Positions 28,589 through 37,731 of a stretch of DNA of 64,000 bases are shown in pieces. Source of the DNA: Anaeromyxobacteraceae bacterium (GTDB taxonomy: Bacteria > Myxococcota > Myxococcia > Myxococcales > Anaeromyxobacteraceae); assembly GCA_047602405.1 (NCBI GenBank), contig JASGHJ010000001.1, forward strand, positions 1,440,001-1,504,000, read 5' to 3'. The stretch's first letter is position 1; every line of letters begins with the position of its first letter. The translations under genes were made by a program, and so were the position numbers. The notes under the pieces are model-generated. The model saw only the letters and a list, made by a program, of their open reading frames with translations. It ran no database searches and was not told the DNA's origin.

Positions 28589-31500
28589 ATGACGAACGAA
28601 CACCGTGCCCACAGGCTGGGCCGGACCGTAGCCGTTCTTGTCCCCGCCGCGCTCCTCGCCGCCTGCGGCGCCCCCCAGCCCGACGCGACGCCGTCCGAGC
28701 CCGAGGTCGTGCAGCAGGGCGCGATGGTGTCCGACGCGGACCACGGAGACCTCTCCGCGCCGCTCGACCTCATGCCCGTCGCGGCCCGCCAGCCGCGCGT
28801 CGAGCACGAGGTGAAGAAGCTGCCGATGGTCCGCCGCGGCCCGCGCAACCAGGACCCGGTCATCCAGAGCATCGAGAGCGCGCTCACGCTCCTCGCCCCG
28901 ACCGCCGGTGTGCAGTTCGACGGCGTGGGCCAGGGCCTCACCGGCCCGCAGGGCACCTTCTCGGTCGCCTCGGCGCCGCCGGACACGAACGGCGACGTCG
29001 GCCCGAACCACTACGTGCAGACCGTGAACACCGACTTCGCGGTGTTCTCGAAGACCGGCACGGTGCTCTACGGCCCGGTGCCGATCAACACGCTGTGGAG
29101 CGGCTTCGGCGGCGGCTGCCAGACCGCGAACGACGGCGACCCGGTGGTCCTCTACGATCCGATGGCCGACCGCTGGATCATCAGCCAGTTCCAGGTCACC
29201 ACCCAGCCCTTCCAGCAGTGCATCGCGGTGTCCCAGACCGCCGATCCGACCGGCGCGTACTACCGCTACGCCTTCAGCTACAGCGACGGCTTCCCGGACT
29301 ACCCGAAGATGGGCGTGTGGCCGGACGCCTACTACACGACCTTCAACATGTTCAACAACGCGGGCACCGCGTACCTCTACGCGAAGGTCTGCGCGTACGA
29401 CCGCGCGAAGATGCTGACCGGCGCCGCGGCCACCCAGCAGTGCTTCAACACCTCCTCCAGCTTCGGCGGCCTCCTCCCGGCCGACCTCGACGGCTCGCGC
29501 CAGCCGCCGGCCGGCGCGCCCAACTACGTCGTCGGCCTGGGCACCACCACCACCACGCTCGCCTACTGGAAGTTCCACGTCGACTGGACCACCCCGGCGA
29601 GCTCCACGTTCACGGGCCCGACGAGCCTCACGGTCCCGAGCTACACCGAGGCCTGCGGCACCTCCGGCACCTGCATCCCGCAGTCGGGCGGCGGCTCCCT
29701 CGACTCGCTCTCCGACCGCCTCATGTTCCGCCTCGCCTACCGCAACCAGGCGAACGGCACCCAGTCCCTCGTGACGAACCACTCGGTCACCGCGGGCACC
29801 GCGGTGGGCGTGCGCTGGTACGAGCTCCGCGCCGACGCCTCGAGCAACCTCTCGGTGTTCCAGTCCGGCACCTACGCGCCCGACACCACCTACCGGTGGA
29901 TGGGCTCCGGCGCGATGGACCAGGCCGGCAACATCGCGCTCGGCTTCTCCGGCTCGAGCTCGGCGCTCAAGCCGTCGCTCCGCTACACCGGCCGGCTCGC
30001 GGGCGACGCGGCGGGCACGATGACGCAGGGTGAGAACATCATGATCACCGGCGCCGGCGCCCAGGGCTCCTCGCTCACGCGGTGGGGCGACTACTCGATG
30101 CTCGGCGTCGACCCGACGGACGACTGCACCTTCTGGTTCACGTCCGAGTACATCCCGGCGAACGGCACGTTCAACTGGAAGACCCGCATCGGCTCCTTCA
30201 AGCTGCCGGGCTGCGGCACGGTGGCCACGAACGACTTCTCGATCTCGGCCTCCCCGGCGACCGTCTCGGTCGCGGCGGGCGGCTCGGGCACGAGCACGAT
30301 CTCGACCACCGTCACCTCGGGCTCCGCGCAGGCCGTCACCCTCTCTGCGAGCGGCCTCCCGGCCGGCGCGTCGGCGTCGTTCAGCCCGGTTTCGGTCACC
30401 GCGGGCGGGAGCGCGACCCTCACGCTCAACGCCGGGACGGCGGCCGCGGGCAGCTACGCCGTGACCGTCACCGGCACCGGCGCGAGCGCGACCCACGCGA
30501 CGACCGTCACCTTCACCGTCGCGGCGGCGCCCGACTTCTCGATCGCGATCACGCCGTCGAGCCGCTCGGTCGTGGTGGGCAGCTCCACCACCTACACGGT
30601 CTCGACGACCGCCATCGGCGGGTCGACCCAGTCCGTCTCCCTCGCGGTGAGCGGGCTGCCGGCGGGCGCCTCGGGCTCCTTCAGCCCGGCGACCGTCACG
30701 GCCGGCGGCTCCTCCACGCTCACCGTCACGACCTCCGCGGTCGCGGCGGCGACGACGTTCACCGTGACCGGCTCGTCCACGACGACGCACTCGGCGACCG
30801 CGTCGCTCACCGTCACGGCCGCCCCGGCGCCGGACTACACGGTCGGGTTCTCGCCCTCGAGCGCGACCGTCACGCAGGGCGGCAGCGCGGCCTACACGGT
30901 CTCGACCACCGCGCTCAACGGCTCGACCCAGAGCATCGCGCTCTCGATCTCTGCGCTGCCCACCGGCGTCACGGCGACGTTCAACCCGGCGACGGTGACC
31001 GCGGGCGGGAGCGCCACGCTCACGCTCGCCACCTCGGCGACGGCGACCGTGGGCACGGCGAGCTTCACCGTGACCGGCACCTCCGGCGCGACGACCCGCA
31101 CGGCGACGGGCTCGCTCACCGTCAACGCGACGTCGGGCGTCACGCCGCTCACCTCGGGCGTGCCGGTCACCGGCATCTCCGGCGCGTCCGGCTCGCAGCA
31201 GTTCTGGTCGATCAACGTGCCGTCGGGCACGACCACGCTCACCGTCCAGATCAGCGGCGGCACGGGCGACGCGGACCTCTACGTCCGCCAGGGTGCCCAG
31301 CCGACGACCGCGACGTACAACTGCCGCCCGTACCTCTCCGGCAACAGCGAGACCTGCACCATCTCGGCGCCGGTCGCGGGCCTGTACTACGTCATGATCC
31401 GCGGCTACACCGCGTACTCGGGCGTCACGCTCGTCGCCACCAACACGGCGGGCCCGACCGTGCCGTCGCTCACGAGCGGCGTGCCGGTCACCGGCATCGC

Positions 31501-31774
31501 CGGCGCCTCGGGCTCGAACCAGTACTGGAAGCTCGCGGTGCCGGCGGGGAAGACCTCGCTGACGTTCACCATCAGCGGCGGCACCGGCGACGCGGACCTC
31601 TACGTCCGGTCGGGCGCGCAGCCGACGACCACGACCTACAACTGCCGGCCGTACCTCACGGGCAACAGCGAGACCTGCACGTTCTCGGCGCCGGCGGCGG
31701 CGGACTGGTACGTCATGATCCGCGGCTACACGGCGTACTCGGGCGTCACGCTGACGGGCACGTACAGCCCCTGA
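28589..31774 (+). CDS. Large secreted lipoprotein: uncharacterised N-terminal domain, three Ser/Thr-rich Ig-like repeats, two PPC domains
   Basis: Lipobox LAAC; PPDTNGDVGPNHYVQ, DYPK, RWYELR, RWGDYS; repeats beginning DFSI/DYTV; two GGTGDADLYVR..YNCRPY..GNSETC PPC domains. Confidence 0.85.
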   Translation: MTNEHRAHRLGRTVAVLVPAALLAACGAPQPDATPSEPEVVQQGAMVSDADHGDLSAPLDLMPVAARQPRVEHEVKKLPMVRRGPRNQDPVIQSIESALTLLAPTAGVQFDGVGQGLTGPQGTFSVASAPPDTNGDVGPNHYVQTVNTDFAVFSKTGTVLYGPVPINTLWSGFGGGCQTANDGDPVVLYDPMADRWIISQFQVTTQPFQQCIAVSQTADPTGAYYRYAFSYSDGFPDYPKMGVWPDAYYTTFNMFNNAGTAYLYAKVCAYDRAKMLTGAAATQQCFNTSSSFGGLLPADLDGSRQPPAGAPNYVVGLGTTTTTLAYWKFHVDWTTPASSTFTGPTSLTVPSYTEACGTSGTCIPQSGGGSLDSLSDRLMFRLAYRNQANGTQSLVTNHSVTAGTAVGVRWYELRADASSNLSVFQSGTYAPDTTYRWMGSGAMDQAGNIALGFSGSSSALKPSLRYTGRLAGDAAGTMTQGENIMITGAGAQGSSLTRWGDYSMLGVDPTDDCTFWFTSEYIPANGTFNWKTRIGSFKLPGCGTVATNDFSISASPATVSVAAGGSGTSTISTTVTSGSAQAVTLSASGLPAGASASFSPVSVTAGGSATLTLNAGTAAAGSYAVTVTGTGASATHATTVTFTVAAAPDFSIAITPSSRSVVVGSSTTYTVSTTAIGGSTQSVSLAVSGLPAGASGSFSPATVTAGGSSTLTVTTSAVAAATTFTVTGSSTTTHSATASLTVTAAPAPDYTVGFSPSSATVTQGGSAAYTVSTTALNGSTQSIALSISALPTGVTATFNPATVTAGGSATLTLATSATATVGTASFTVTGTSGATTRTATGSLTVNATSGVTPLTSGVPVTGISGASGSQQFWSINVPSGTTTLTVQISGGTGDADLYVRQGAQPTTATYNCRPYLSGNSETCTISAPVAGLYYVMIRGYTAYSGVTLVATNTAGPTVPSLTSGVPVTGIAGASGSNQYWKLAVPAGKTSLTFTISGGTGDADLYVRSGAQPTTTTYNCRPYLTGNSETCTFSAPAAADWYVMIRGYTAYSGVTLTGTYSP

Positions 31775-31974
31775 GCGGACGTTGACCGGCAAGTGAGTGC
31801 GCGAGGCGCGCCGGGTGCTCCGGCGCGCCTCGCTGCGTCCTCCAACGCGTTCTCGTCGCTGGGCCGCAACGGAGATCGGACGATCGAGGAGAGCCGGATC
31901 ATCCGCGGAGACTTCGCGCTCACTCAGGTGGGGCCTCCGAAGCTCGGGACTGCGCCGTCACGCGCAGACCGGCT

Positions 31975-32772
31975 ATGAGTCGAACCTCCATGTCGCTGCT
32001 GAAGTGGCTCCGCTCCAGGGAGGCGGCGACCGCCTCGGGGTCCACGGCCTCGCCGCGGACGCGCAGCCTCGCCATGGGCGGCGGCGCGCCGTCCCGCCCC
32101 GCGATCACGCCACCGCCGGTCGGCCTCCCGCTGAAGACCGTGCCCCCGCCCACCGAGCAGATCCCGGTGGACGCACGGGCGCTCGTCGCCGGCTGGCGGC
32201 CGGGCGACCACCGCATCGTGGTGCGCACCGCCACGCCGCTCGGCCGGGGGACGCGCGTGGCGCTCCGGCTGCAGGGCGAGGTCGGCGTGAACGCGCCGGT
32301 CACCGGCACGGTGACGGGCACGCGCACGCTCCAGGCGGGCGGCCCGGGCGGCAGGCCCATCTACTCCGCCGACGTGATCGTCGACGCCGACCGCCGCGGC
32401 ATGCTCCGCCGGGTGCAGGAGTACTTCGACGGCCGCGCGAGCCTCCCCAGGGAGCGCGAGCCGCGCTACCGCATGTCGCTCCCCGCCGTCGTCTCCGCGG
32501 GGCCCGCGGCGCTGTACATGAAGACCTTCTCGCTCTCCCGCGGCGGCTGCGGCCTCTCGTGGGCGGGCGAGCGGCCCCCGGCGGGCGCGTACCTGAACGT
32601 GCGCCTCGGCGGCGGCCCGACCGCGCCCAGCTTCCGCGCGCGCGTCTGCTGGGTGCGTGGCGAGCCGCAGGGCACGAAGGTCGGCCTGCGCTTCCTCGCG
32701 GGCGGCGACCCGCAGGCGCTCCTGCGCCTCCTCGGCGAGGTGAGCGAGCGGGACCTCGAGGCGGTGTCGTAG
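31975..32772 (+). CDS. PilZ domain protein
   Basis: REREPR (RxxxR), SLSRGG, ARVCW, VGLRF. Confidence 0.75.
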   Translation: MSRTSMSLLKWLRSREAATASGSTASPRTRSLAMGGGAPSRPAITPPPVGLPLKTVPPPTEQIPVDARALVAGWRPGDHRIVVRTATPLGRGTRVALRLQGEVGVNAPVTGTVTGTRTLQAGGPGGRPIYSADVIVDADRRGMLRRVQEYFDGRASLPREREPRYRMSLPAVVSAGPAALYMKTFSLSRGGCGLSWAGERPPAGAYLNVRLGGGPTAPSFRARVCWVRGEPQGTKVGLRFLAGGDPQALLRLLGEVSERDLEAVS

Positions 32773-32887
32773 GTCGCGGCGGGGGTGTCCGGTTCCGGAT
32801 TCCCACGGTCCGGGGTCAGCGCCGCAGGGCTCGGGAGCGTCCCGATGCCGCGCTCGACCGTCGGTCGGGTATTCGGTCGGTCACCGC

Positions 32888-33608
32888 ATGCCGATCATGA
32901 AGTGGCTCCGCCCCAGCACGGCGACGCAGGACCCGCCTGCCGCCCCGCGCCGCCCGACGCCCACCCGGTCGGCGGCGACCGCGCCGCTCAGGACCGTCCC
33001 GGCGCCCGCCGAGGTGATCCCGCTCGACGCGCGCGCGCTCGTGAGCGCCTGGAGCCCGGGCTCGAGCCGCGTGGTGATCAGGAGCGCCGGGCCGCTCGGT
33101 GAGGGCCGCCGCGTGGCGCTGCGCCTGACCGGCGAGGGCGGCCTCGCGGCGCCCGTGCTCGGGACCGTGAAGGTCGCGCGCCCCATCGCCGGCGCCTACG
33201 CCGCCGAGGTCGAGATCGACGACGACCGCCAGGCGGCGCTCCACCGCATCCGCGCGTACCTCGACGGCCGCGCGCCGAGCCCGCGCGTCCGGGATCCCCG
33301 CTTCCGCGTGACCCTGCCCGCCGTGGTCTCCGCCGGCGGCGGGCACCTGTACATGAGCACCTTCTCCCTCTCGCGCGGCGGCTGCGGCCTCGTGTGGAGC
33401 GGGGTGAAGCCGCTCCCGAGCTCGAATCCTGGACGTGAAGGTCGGGCTCACGCCGGCCGCCGGCGCCCTGCTCCGCGCCCGCGTGTGCTGGGCGCGCCAG
33501 GACGGGAAGGCATTCAGGGTGGGCCTGCGCTTCCTCGCGGGCGGCGACCAGCTCGGCCTCGGCCGGCTCCTCGAGGACGCGAAGGGCAGGGTCGAGGCGG
33601 AGCATTGA
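32888..33608 (+). CDS. PilZ domain protein, tandem paralog (apparent +1 frameshift at about 33425)
   Basis: Colinear with the 31975 protein. Deleting one A from TCGAATC restores a gapless alignment (SSILDVKVG) and continues to ARVCW..VGLRFLAGGD; stop at 33606-33608. Confidence 0.7.
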
Positions 33609-33641
33609 GTTGTCCACGGCGGCGTGCTCTCCTCCGGCGCC

Positions 33642-35804
33642 ATGCGCGCCACCCTCCGCCCGCTCCTCGCGACCGCCGCACTCGTCCTCGCCCCGGCCGC
33701 CCTCGCCGCCGAGGGCAAGTGGACGCCGGAGCAGGTCCACGCCCAGGGCCCCGCGTGGCTGAAGGCCCAGGGGTTCGAGCTGCCGCTCTCGACGCTCTGG
33801 GATCCGGCGAAGGGCGGCGGGCTGCTCGCGAACGCGATCCAGGTGCCGGGCTGCTCGGCGTCGTTCGTCTCCGCCGACGGGCTCCTCGTCACGAACCACC
33901 ACTGCGCGGTGGGCATCCTGCAGGAGCACTCGACCACCGAGCGGAACCTGCTCCGCGACGGCTTCCTCGCGGCGACCCGCGCCGACGAGCGGAGGGCCCG
34001 GGCCTACCGCGCGCAGGTGCCGCGCGCGTTCACCGACGTGACCGCCGAGGTCAGGGCCGCGGTGCCCGCGGGCGCCGACGACGCGGCGCGCGCTCGGGCC
34101 GTCGAGCGGAAGGGCAAGGCGCTCGTCGCCGCCTGCGAGCAGCGCAAGGACGCCGGCGGCAAGGCCGCCCGCTGCGAGTTCCACGTGCACGACGGCGGGG
34201 TCGCCTTCGCGCTCACCGAGTTCGACGAGTACACCGACGTGCGCCTCGTCTGGGCGCCGCCGGTGGGCGTCGGGAACTTCGGCGGGGAGGTCGACAACTG
34301 GACCTGGCCGCGCCACACCGGCGACTTCGCGCTGCTCCGCGTGTACGGCCCGGACGGCCAGCCGTACCGGCCGCGCTGGTCCTTCCCGGTCTCGGCCCGC
34401 GGCGTCCGCCCGGGCGACGCGGTCGCGGTGCTCGGGTACCCGGGCACGACCTTCCGCGCGTACGTGGCCGACGAGATGGCCGAGCGCGCGGGCCGGTTCT
34501 ATCCGGCGGCGCTCTCGCTCGCGAAGGAGTGGGAGGCGATCATCGAGGAGGAGGGCGCCCGGAGCGACGCCGTGAAGCTCGCGCTCGCCGCCGACCTGCG
34601 CGGGCTCACCAACCGCCGGAAGAACGCCGAGGGGCAGCTGGCCGGGTTCCGACGCGGCCGGATCGTGGAGCGCCGCCGGGAGGACGAGGCGCGGGTGCTC
34701 GCCTGGGCGAGGGCGCACGGCCGCGTCGACGCGGTGGCGGCGCGCGACGGGCTCGCGGGGCTCGCGGCCGAGAAGGTCGCGACCTTCGACCGCGACTTCC
34801 TCCTCGACCAGCTCGGGAGCGTGGCGCGCACGCTGCGCTGGCCGGTGCAGGTCGCGCGGCGCGCGGCCGAGGCGGCGCGACCCGACGCGGAGCGCGAGCC
34901 CGGCTGGCAGGAGCGCGACCTCGCCCGGGTGCGCGAGGAGCTGCAGAAGGACCAGGGCCGGTACGCGCCCGCGGCGGACCGCCGCCTCGCGCTCTCCTGG
35001 GTGAAGCGCGCGCTCGCGCTTCCGGAGGGGCAGCGCCTCGCCCCGGTGGAGGCGCGCTTCCGCGGGAAGGACGACGCCGCCATCCTCGCGGCGCTCGACG
35101 CCTGGGCGGCGGCCTCGCCGCTCACGAAGGCCGAGGGCCGGCTCGCGGCGTTCGACGAGACCCGCGCCGCGCTCGCCGCGCGCAACGACCCGCTGACGAC
35201 GCTCGGCCTGGAGCTCGACGCCGAGCGGCGCGCCCTGCGCGACCGCCGCGAGGCCTGGACCGGGGCTGCGCTGCGCCTCAGGCCCGCGTGGCGCGCCGCC
35301 GAGGCGGGCGAGGCGGGCCGGGCCCTCGCGCCCGACGCGAACCGGTCGCTCCGCGCCTCGTTCGGCCGCGTGAAGGGCTACGCGCCGCGCGACGCCGTGA
35401 CGTACGCGCCGCAGACGACGCTCGGCGGGGTCCTCGAGAAGGCCACCGGCGAGGAGCCGTTCGACGCGCCGGGGTGGCTCCTCGAGGCGCGCCGGGCCGG
35501 CAAGCTCGGCCGCTTCGCGGACCCGGTCCTGAAGGACGTCCCGGTCGACTTCCTCGCCGACCTCGACACCACCGGCGGCAACTCCGGCAGCCCCGTCATC
35601 GACGCGCGCGGGCGGCTCGTCGGCGTGAACTTCGACCGGGTCTGGGAGAACGTCGCGAACGACTTCGGCTACGTGCCGGCGGTCGCCCGCAACGTCACCG
35701 CCGACGCGCGGTACCTCCTGTGGATCCTCGAGCAGGAGGGCGCCCAGGGGCAGCCGGGCGCGGCGGCCCTCCTCGACGAGCTCCTCCAGGAAAAGAAGCA
35801 CTGA
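33642..35804 (+). CDS. S46 family dipeptidyl peptidase
   Basis: Signal peptide then EGKW; TNHHC, DNWTWPRHTGDF, DTTGGNSGSPV, FDRVWE. Confidence 0.93.
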   Translation: MRATLRPLLATAALVLAPAALAAEGKWTPEQVHAQGPAWLKAQGFELPLSTLWDPAKGGGLLANAIQVPGCSASFVSADGLLVTNHHCAVGILQEHSTTERNLLRDGFLAATRADERRARAYRAQVPRAFTDVTAEVRAAVPAGADDAARARAVERKGKALVAACEQRKDAGGKAARCEFHVHDGGVAFALTEFDEYTDVRLVWAPPVGVGNFGGEVDNWTWPRHTGDFALLRVYGPDGQPYRPRWSFPVSARGVRPGDAVAVLGYPGTTFRAYVADEMAERAGRFYPAALSLAKEWEAIIEEEGARSDAVKLALAADLRGLTNRRKNAEGQLAGFRRGRIVERRREDEARVLAWARAHGRVDAVAARDGLAGLAAEKVATFDRDFLLDQLGSVARTLRWPVQVARRAAEAARPDAEREPGWQERDLARVREELQKDQGRYAPAADRRLALSWVKRALALPEGQRLAPVEARFRGKDDAAILAALDAWAAASPLTKAEGRLAAFDETRAALAARNDPLTTLGLELDAERRALRDRREAWTGAALRLRPAWRAAEAGEAGRALAPDANRSLRASFGRVKGYAPRDAVTYAPQTTLGGVLEKATGEEPFDAPGWLLEARRAGKLGRFADPVLKDVPVDFLADLDTTGGNSGSPVIDARGRLVGVNFDRVWENVANDFGYVPAVARNVTADARYLLWILEQEGAQGQPGAAALLDELLQEKKH

Positions 35805-35845
35805 GCCGGTGCCCGGCGGGCGGACCTTTGCTAGGTTCGCCCGCC

Positions 35846-37291
35846 ATGACCGACCTCCTCGCCGGGCTCGAGCCCGCCCTCCTCTGGAAGCAGTTCGAAG
35901 GCCTCGCCCGGATCCCGCGCGGCTCCGGCAAGGAGGCCGCCGCCATGGCCTGGGCCGAGGCCCAGGCGCGGGCCGCCGGCTGCGAGGTCGAGCGCGACGC
36001 CGCGGGCAACCTCCTCGCCCGCAAGAAGGCGACGCCCGGCATGGAGGGGCGCAGGCCGGTGGCGCTGCAGGGCCACATCGACATGGTCTGCGAGAAGGAC
36101 GAGGCGACCGCGCACGACTTCGAGAAGGACCCCATCGCGCTCGTGCGCGACGGCGACGTCCTGCGCGCCCGCGGCACGACGCTCGGCGCCGACAACGGCA
36201 TCGGCGTCGCGGCCGGGCTCGCGCTGCTCGCCGCGAAGGACGTGAAGCACGGCCCGCTCGAGGTCCTCGTCACGGTCGACGAGGAGACCGGCCTCACCGG
36301 CGCGAACGCCGTGAAGCCGGGGTGGCTGAAGGCGAAGATCCTCCTCAACCTCGACAGCGAGGCCGAGCACGAGCTCACCATCGGCTGCGCGGGCGGCATC
36401 GACACGGTCGCGGTCCGGAAGATCACCCGCGAGCCCGCGCCGGCCGGCGCGAGGGCGCTGCGCCTCAAGGTGACGGGGCTCAAGGGCGGCCACTCCGGCA
36501 TCGACATCCACCTCGGGCGCGGCAACGCCATCCGCGTGCTCGCCTCCGTGCTCGACGCGCTGGCGCCTCACGACCTCGCGCTCGCCTCGCTCAGGGGTGG
36601 CAACAAGCGCAACGCCATCCCGCGCGAGGCCTCGGCGGTCGTGCTCGTCGCCCCCGCGAAGGAGGCCGCGCTCCGGGCCGACGTCGCCCGGCTCGCCGGC
36701 GAGTGGCGCGCCGCCCTCGGCCAGATCGATCCGGAGGTGGCCATCGAGGTCTCGCCCGCCGAGGCGGGCCCGGTGATGAGCGCCGCGGACGCGCGCGCCG
36801 CGGTCGGCCTCCTCCTCACCGGCCCGAACGGCGTCGAGGCGATGAGCCCGGACGTCCCCGGCCTCGTGCAGACCTCGACCAACCTCGGCGTCCTCGAGAC
36901 GCGCGACGGCGAGGTCGAGTGCACCTTCCTCACCCGCAGCGCCATCGACTCCTCGAAGCGCGCGCTCGCGAACCGCATCGCGGCGGCCTGCCGCCTCGCC
37001 GGCTTCGATCCGCGCGAGTCGGGCGGGTACCCCGGCTGGAAGCCCGAGCCCGGCGCCGGGATCGTGAAGCTCGTCGCGGGCGTGAACCAGGAGCTCTTCG
37101 GCGTCGCGCCGAAGGTCTCCGCCTGCCACGCCGGCCTCGAGTGCGGGATCATCGGCGAGAAGTTCCCGGGCATGGAGATGGTCTCGTTCGGCCCGGACAT
37201 CCGGGACGCGCACACGCCGCGCGAGCAGGTCGGCATCGGCTCGACGGCGCGGTTCTGGAGGCTGCTCACGACGGTGCTCGAGCGGATCTGA
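35846..37291 (+). CDS. pepD: Aminoacyl-histidine dipeptidase (M20C)
   Basis: LQGHIDMVCEK, TTLGADNGIG, DEETG, NLDSE, GGHSG, HAGLECG. This is the C-terminal part of the fused 32888 ORF. Confidence 0.92.
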   Translation: MTDLLAGLEPALLWKQFEGLARIPRGSGKEAAAMAWAEAQARAAGCEVERDAAGNLLARKKATPGMEGRRPVALQGHIDMVCEKDEATAHDFEKDPIALVRDGDVLRARGTTLGADNGIGVAAGLALLAAKDVKHGPLEVLVTVDEETGLTGANAVKPGWLKAKILLNLDSEAEHELTIGCAGGIDTVAVRKITREPAPAGARALRLKVTGLKGGHSGIDIHLGRGNAIRVLASVLDALAPHDLALASLRGGNKRNAIPREASAVVLVAPAKEAALRADVARLAGEWRAALGQIDPEVAIEVSPAEAGPVMSAADARAAVGLLLTGPNGVEAMSPDVPGLVQTSTNLGVLETRDGEVECTFLTRSAIDSSKRALANRIAAACRLAGFDPRESGGYPGWKPEPGAGIVKLVAGVNQELFGVAPKVSACHAGLECGIIGEKFPGMEMVSFGPDIRDAHTPREQVGIGSTARFWRLLTTVLERI

Positions 37292-37393
37292 GGCGCGGGA
37301 GGTCGGACGGAGCGCAGAGCCAGCCTCCGCCTCAGCGAGACCGCGAAAGTGTGAATGCGTGCGGCGGGCGGCCCCTGCGCTAGGGTGCTGGCC

Positions 37394-37522
37394 ATGGACG
37401 CTCACACCGAGGCCCAGGGCGCCGCCCTGCCGCTCCCCGTCGCGATCGCGGCCGGCCTGGGCGCGCGCACCGCCCGCGCCCAGCTCGGCGCGCTGCGCGC
37501 CGGACGCGGGGACGAGGGGTGA
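37394..37522 (+). CDS. Possible 42-aa small protein
   Basis: ATG 37394 to TGA 37522, overlapping the GTG of the next ORF (GTGA); no recognisable motif. Confidence 0.25.
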   Translation: MDAHTEAQGAALPLPVAIAAGLGARTARAQLGALRAGRGDEG

Positions 37523-37716
37523 TCACCCCGGCGCCGGTCTACCGCGTCGAGGGCGCGAAGGGCGCGCGCCTCGAGAAGGTCTCGCGGCGCGACGCCGAGA
37601 AGGCCGCCCGGGACCTCGTGGTGCGCGGGGCCGCCTCGGCGAAGGTGGTGCGGGGCGGCAAGGTGCTCGCCGCCTGGCGCCGCACGCAGGACGGCAAGGT
37701 GGAGCGCACGCGCTGA
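37519..37716 (+). CDS. Small basic hypothetical protein
   Basis: 65 aa, strongly host-like codons, GAGG upstream. Confidence 0.5.
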   Translation: MITPAPVYRVEGAKGARLEKVSRRDAEKAARDLVVRGAASAKVVRGGKVLAAWRRTQDGKVERTR

Positions 37717-37731
37717 GCCGCCGCGCCGCGC

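Noticed and set aside
31140..31770. Near-identical DNA repeats as a mobile or diversity-generating element
   Set aside because: They are the two tandem PPC domains of one protein, and no reverse transcriptase or recombinase lies nearby.
32888..37291. 1467-aa ORF as a PilZ-peptidase fusion
   Set aside because: Artefact of the frameshift at about 33425. The middle is an Arg/Pro/Gly-rich shadow of the S46 gene, and pepD has its own ATG at 35846.
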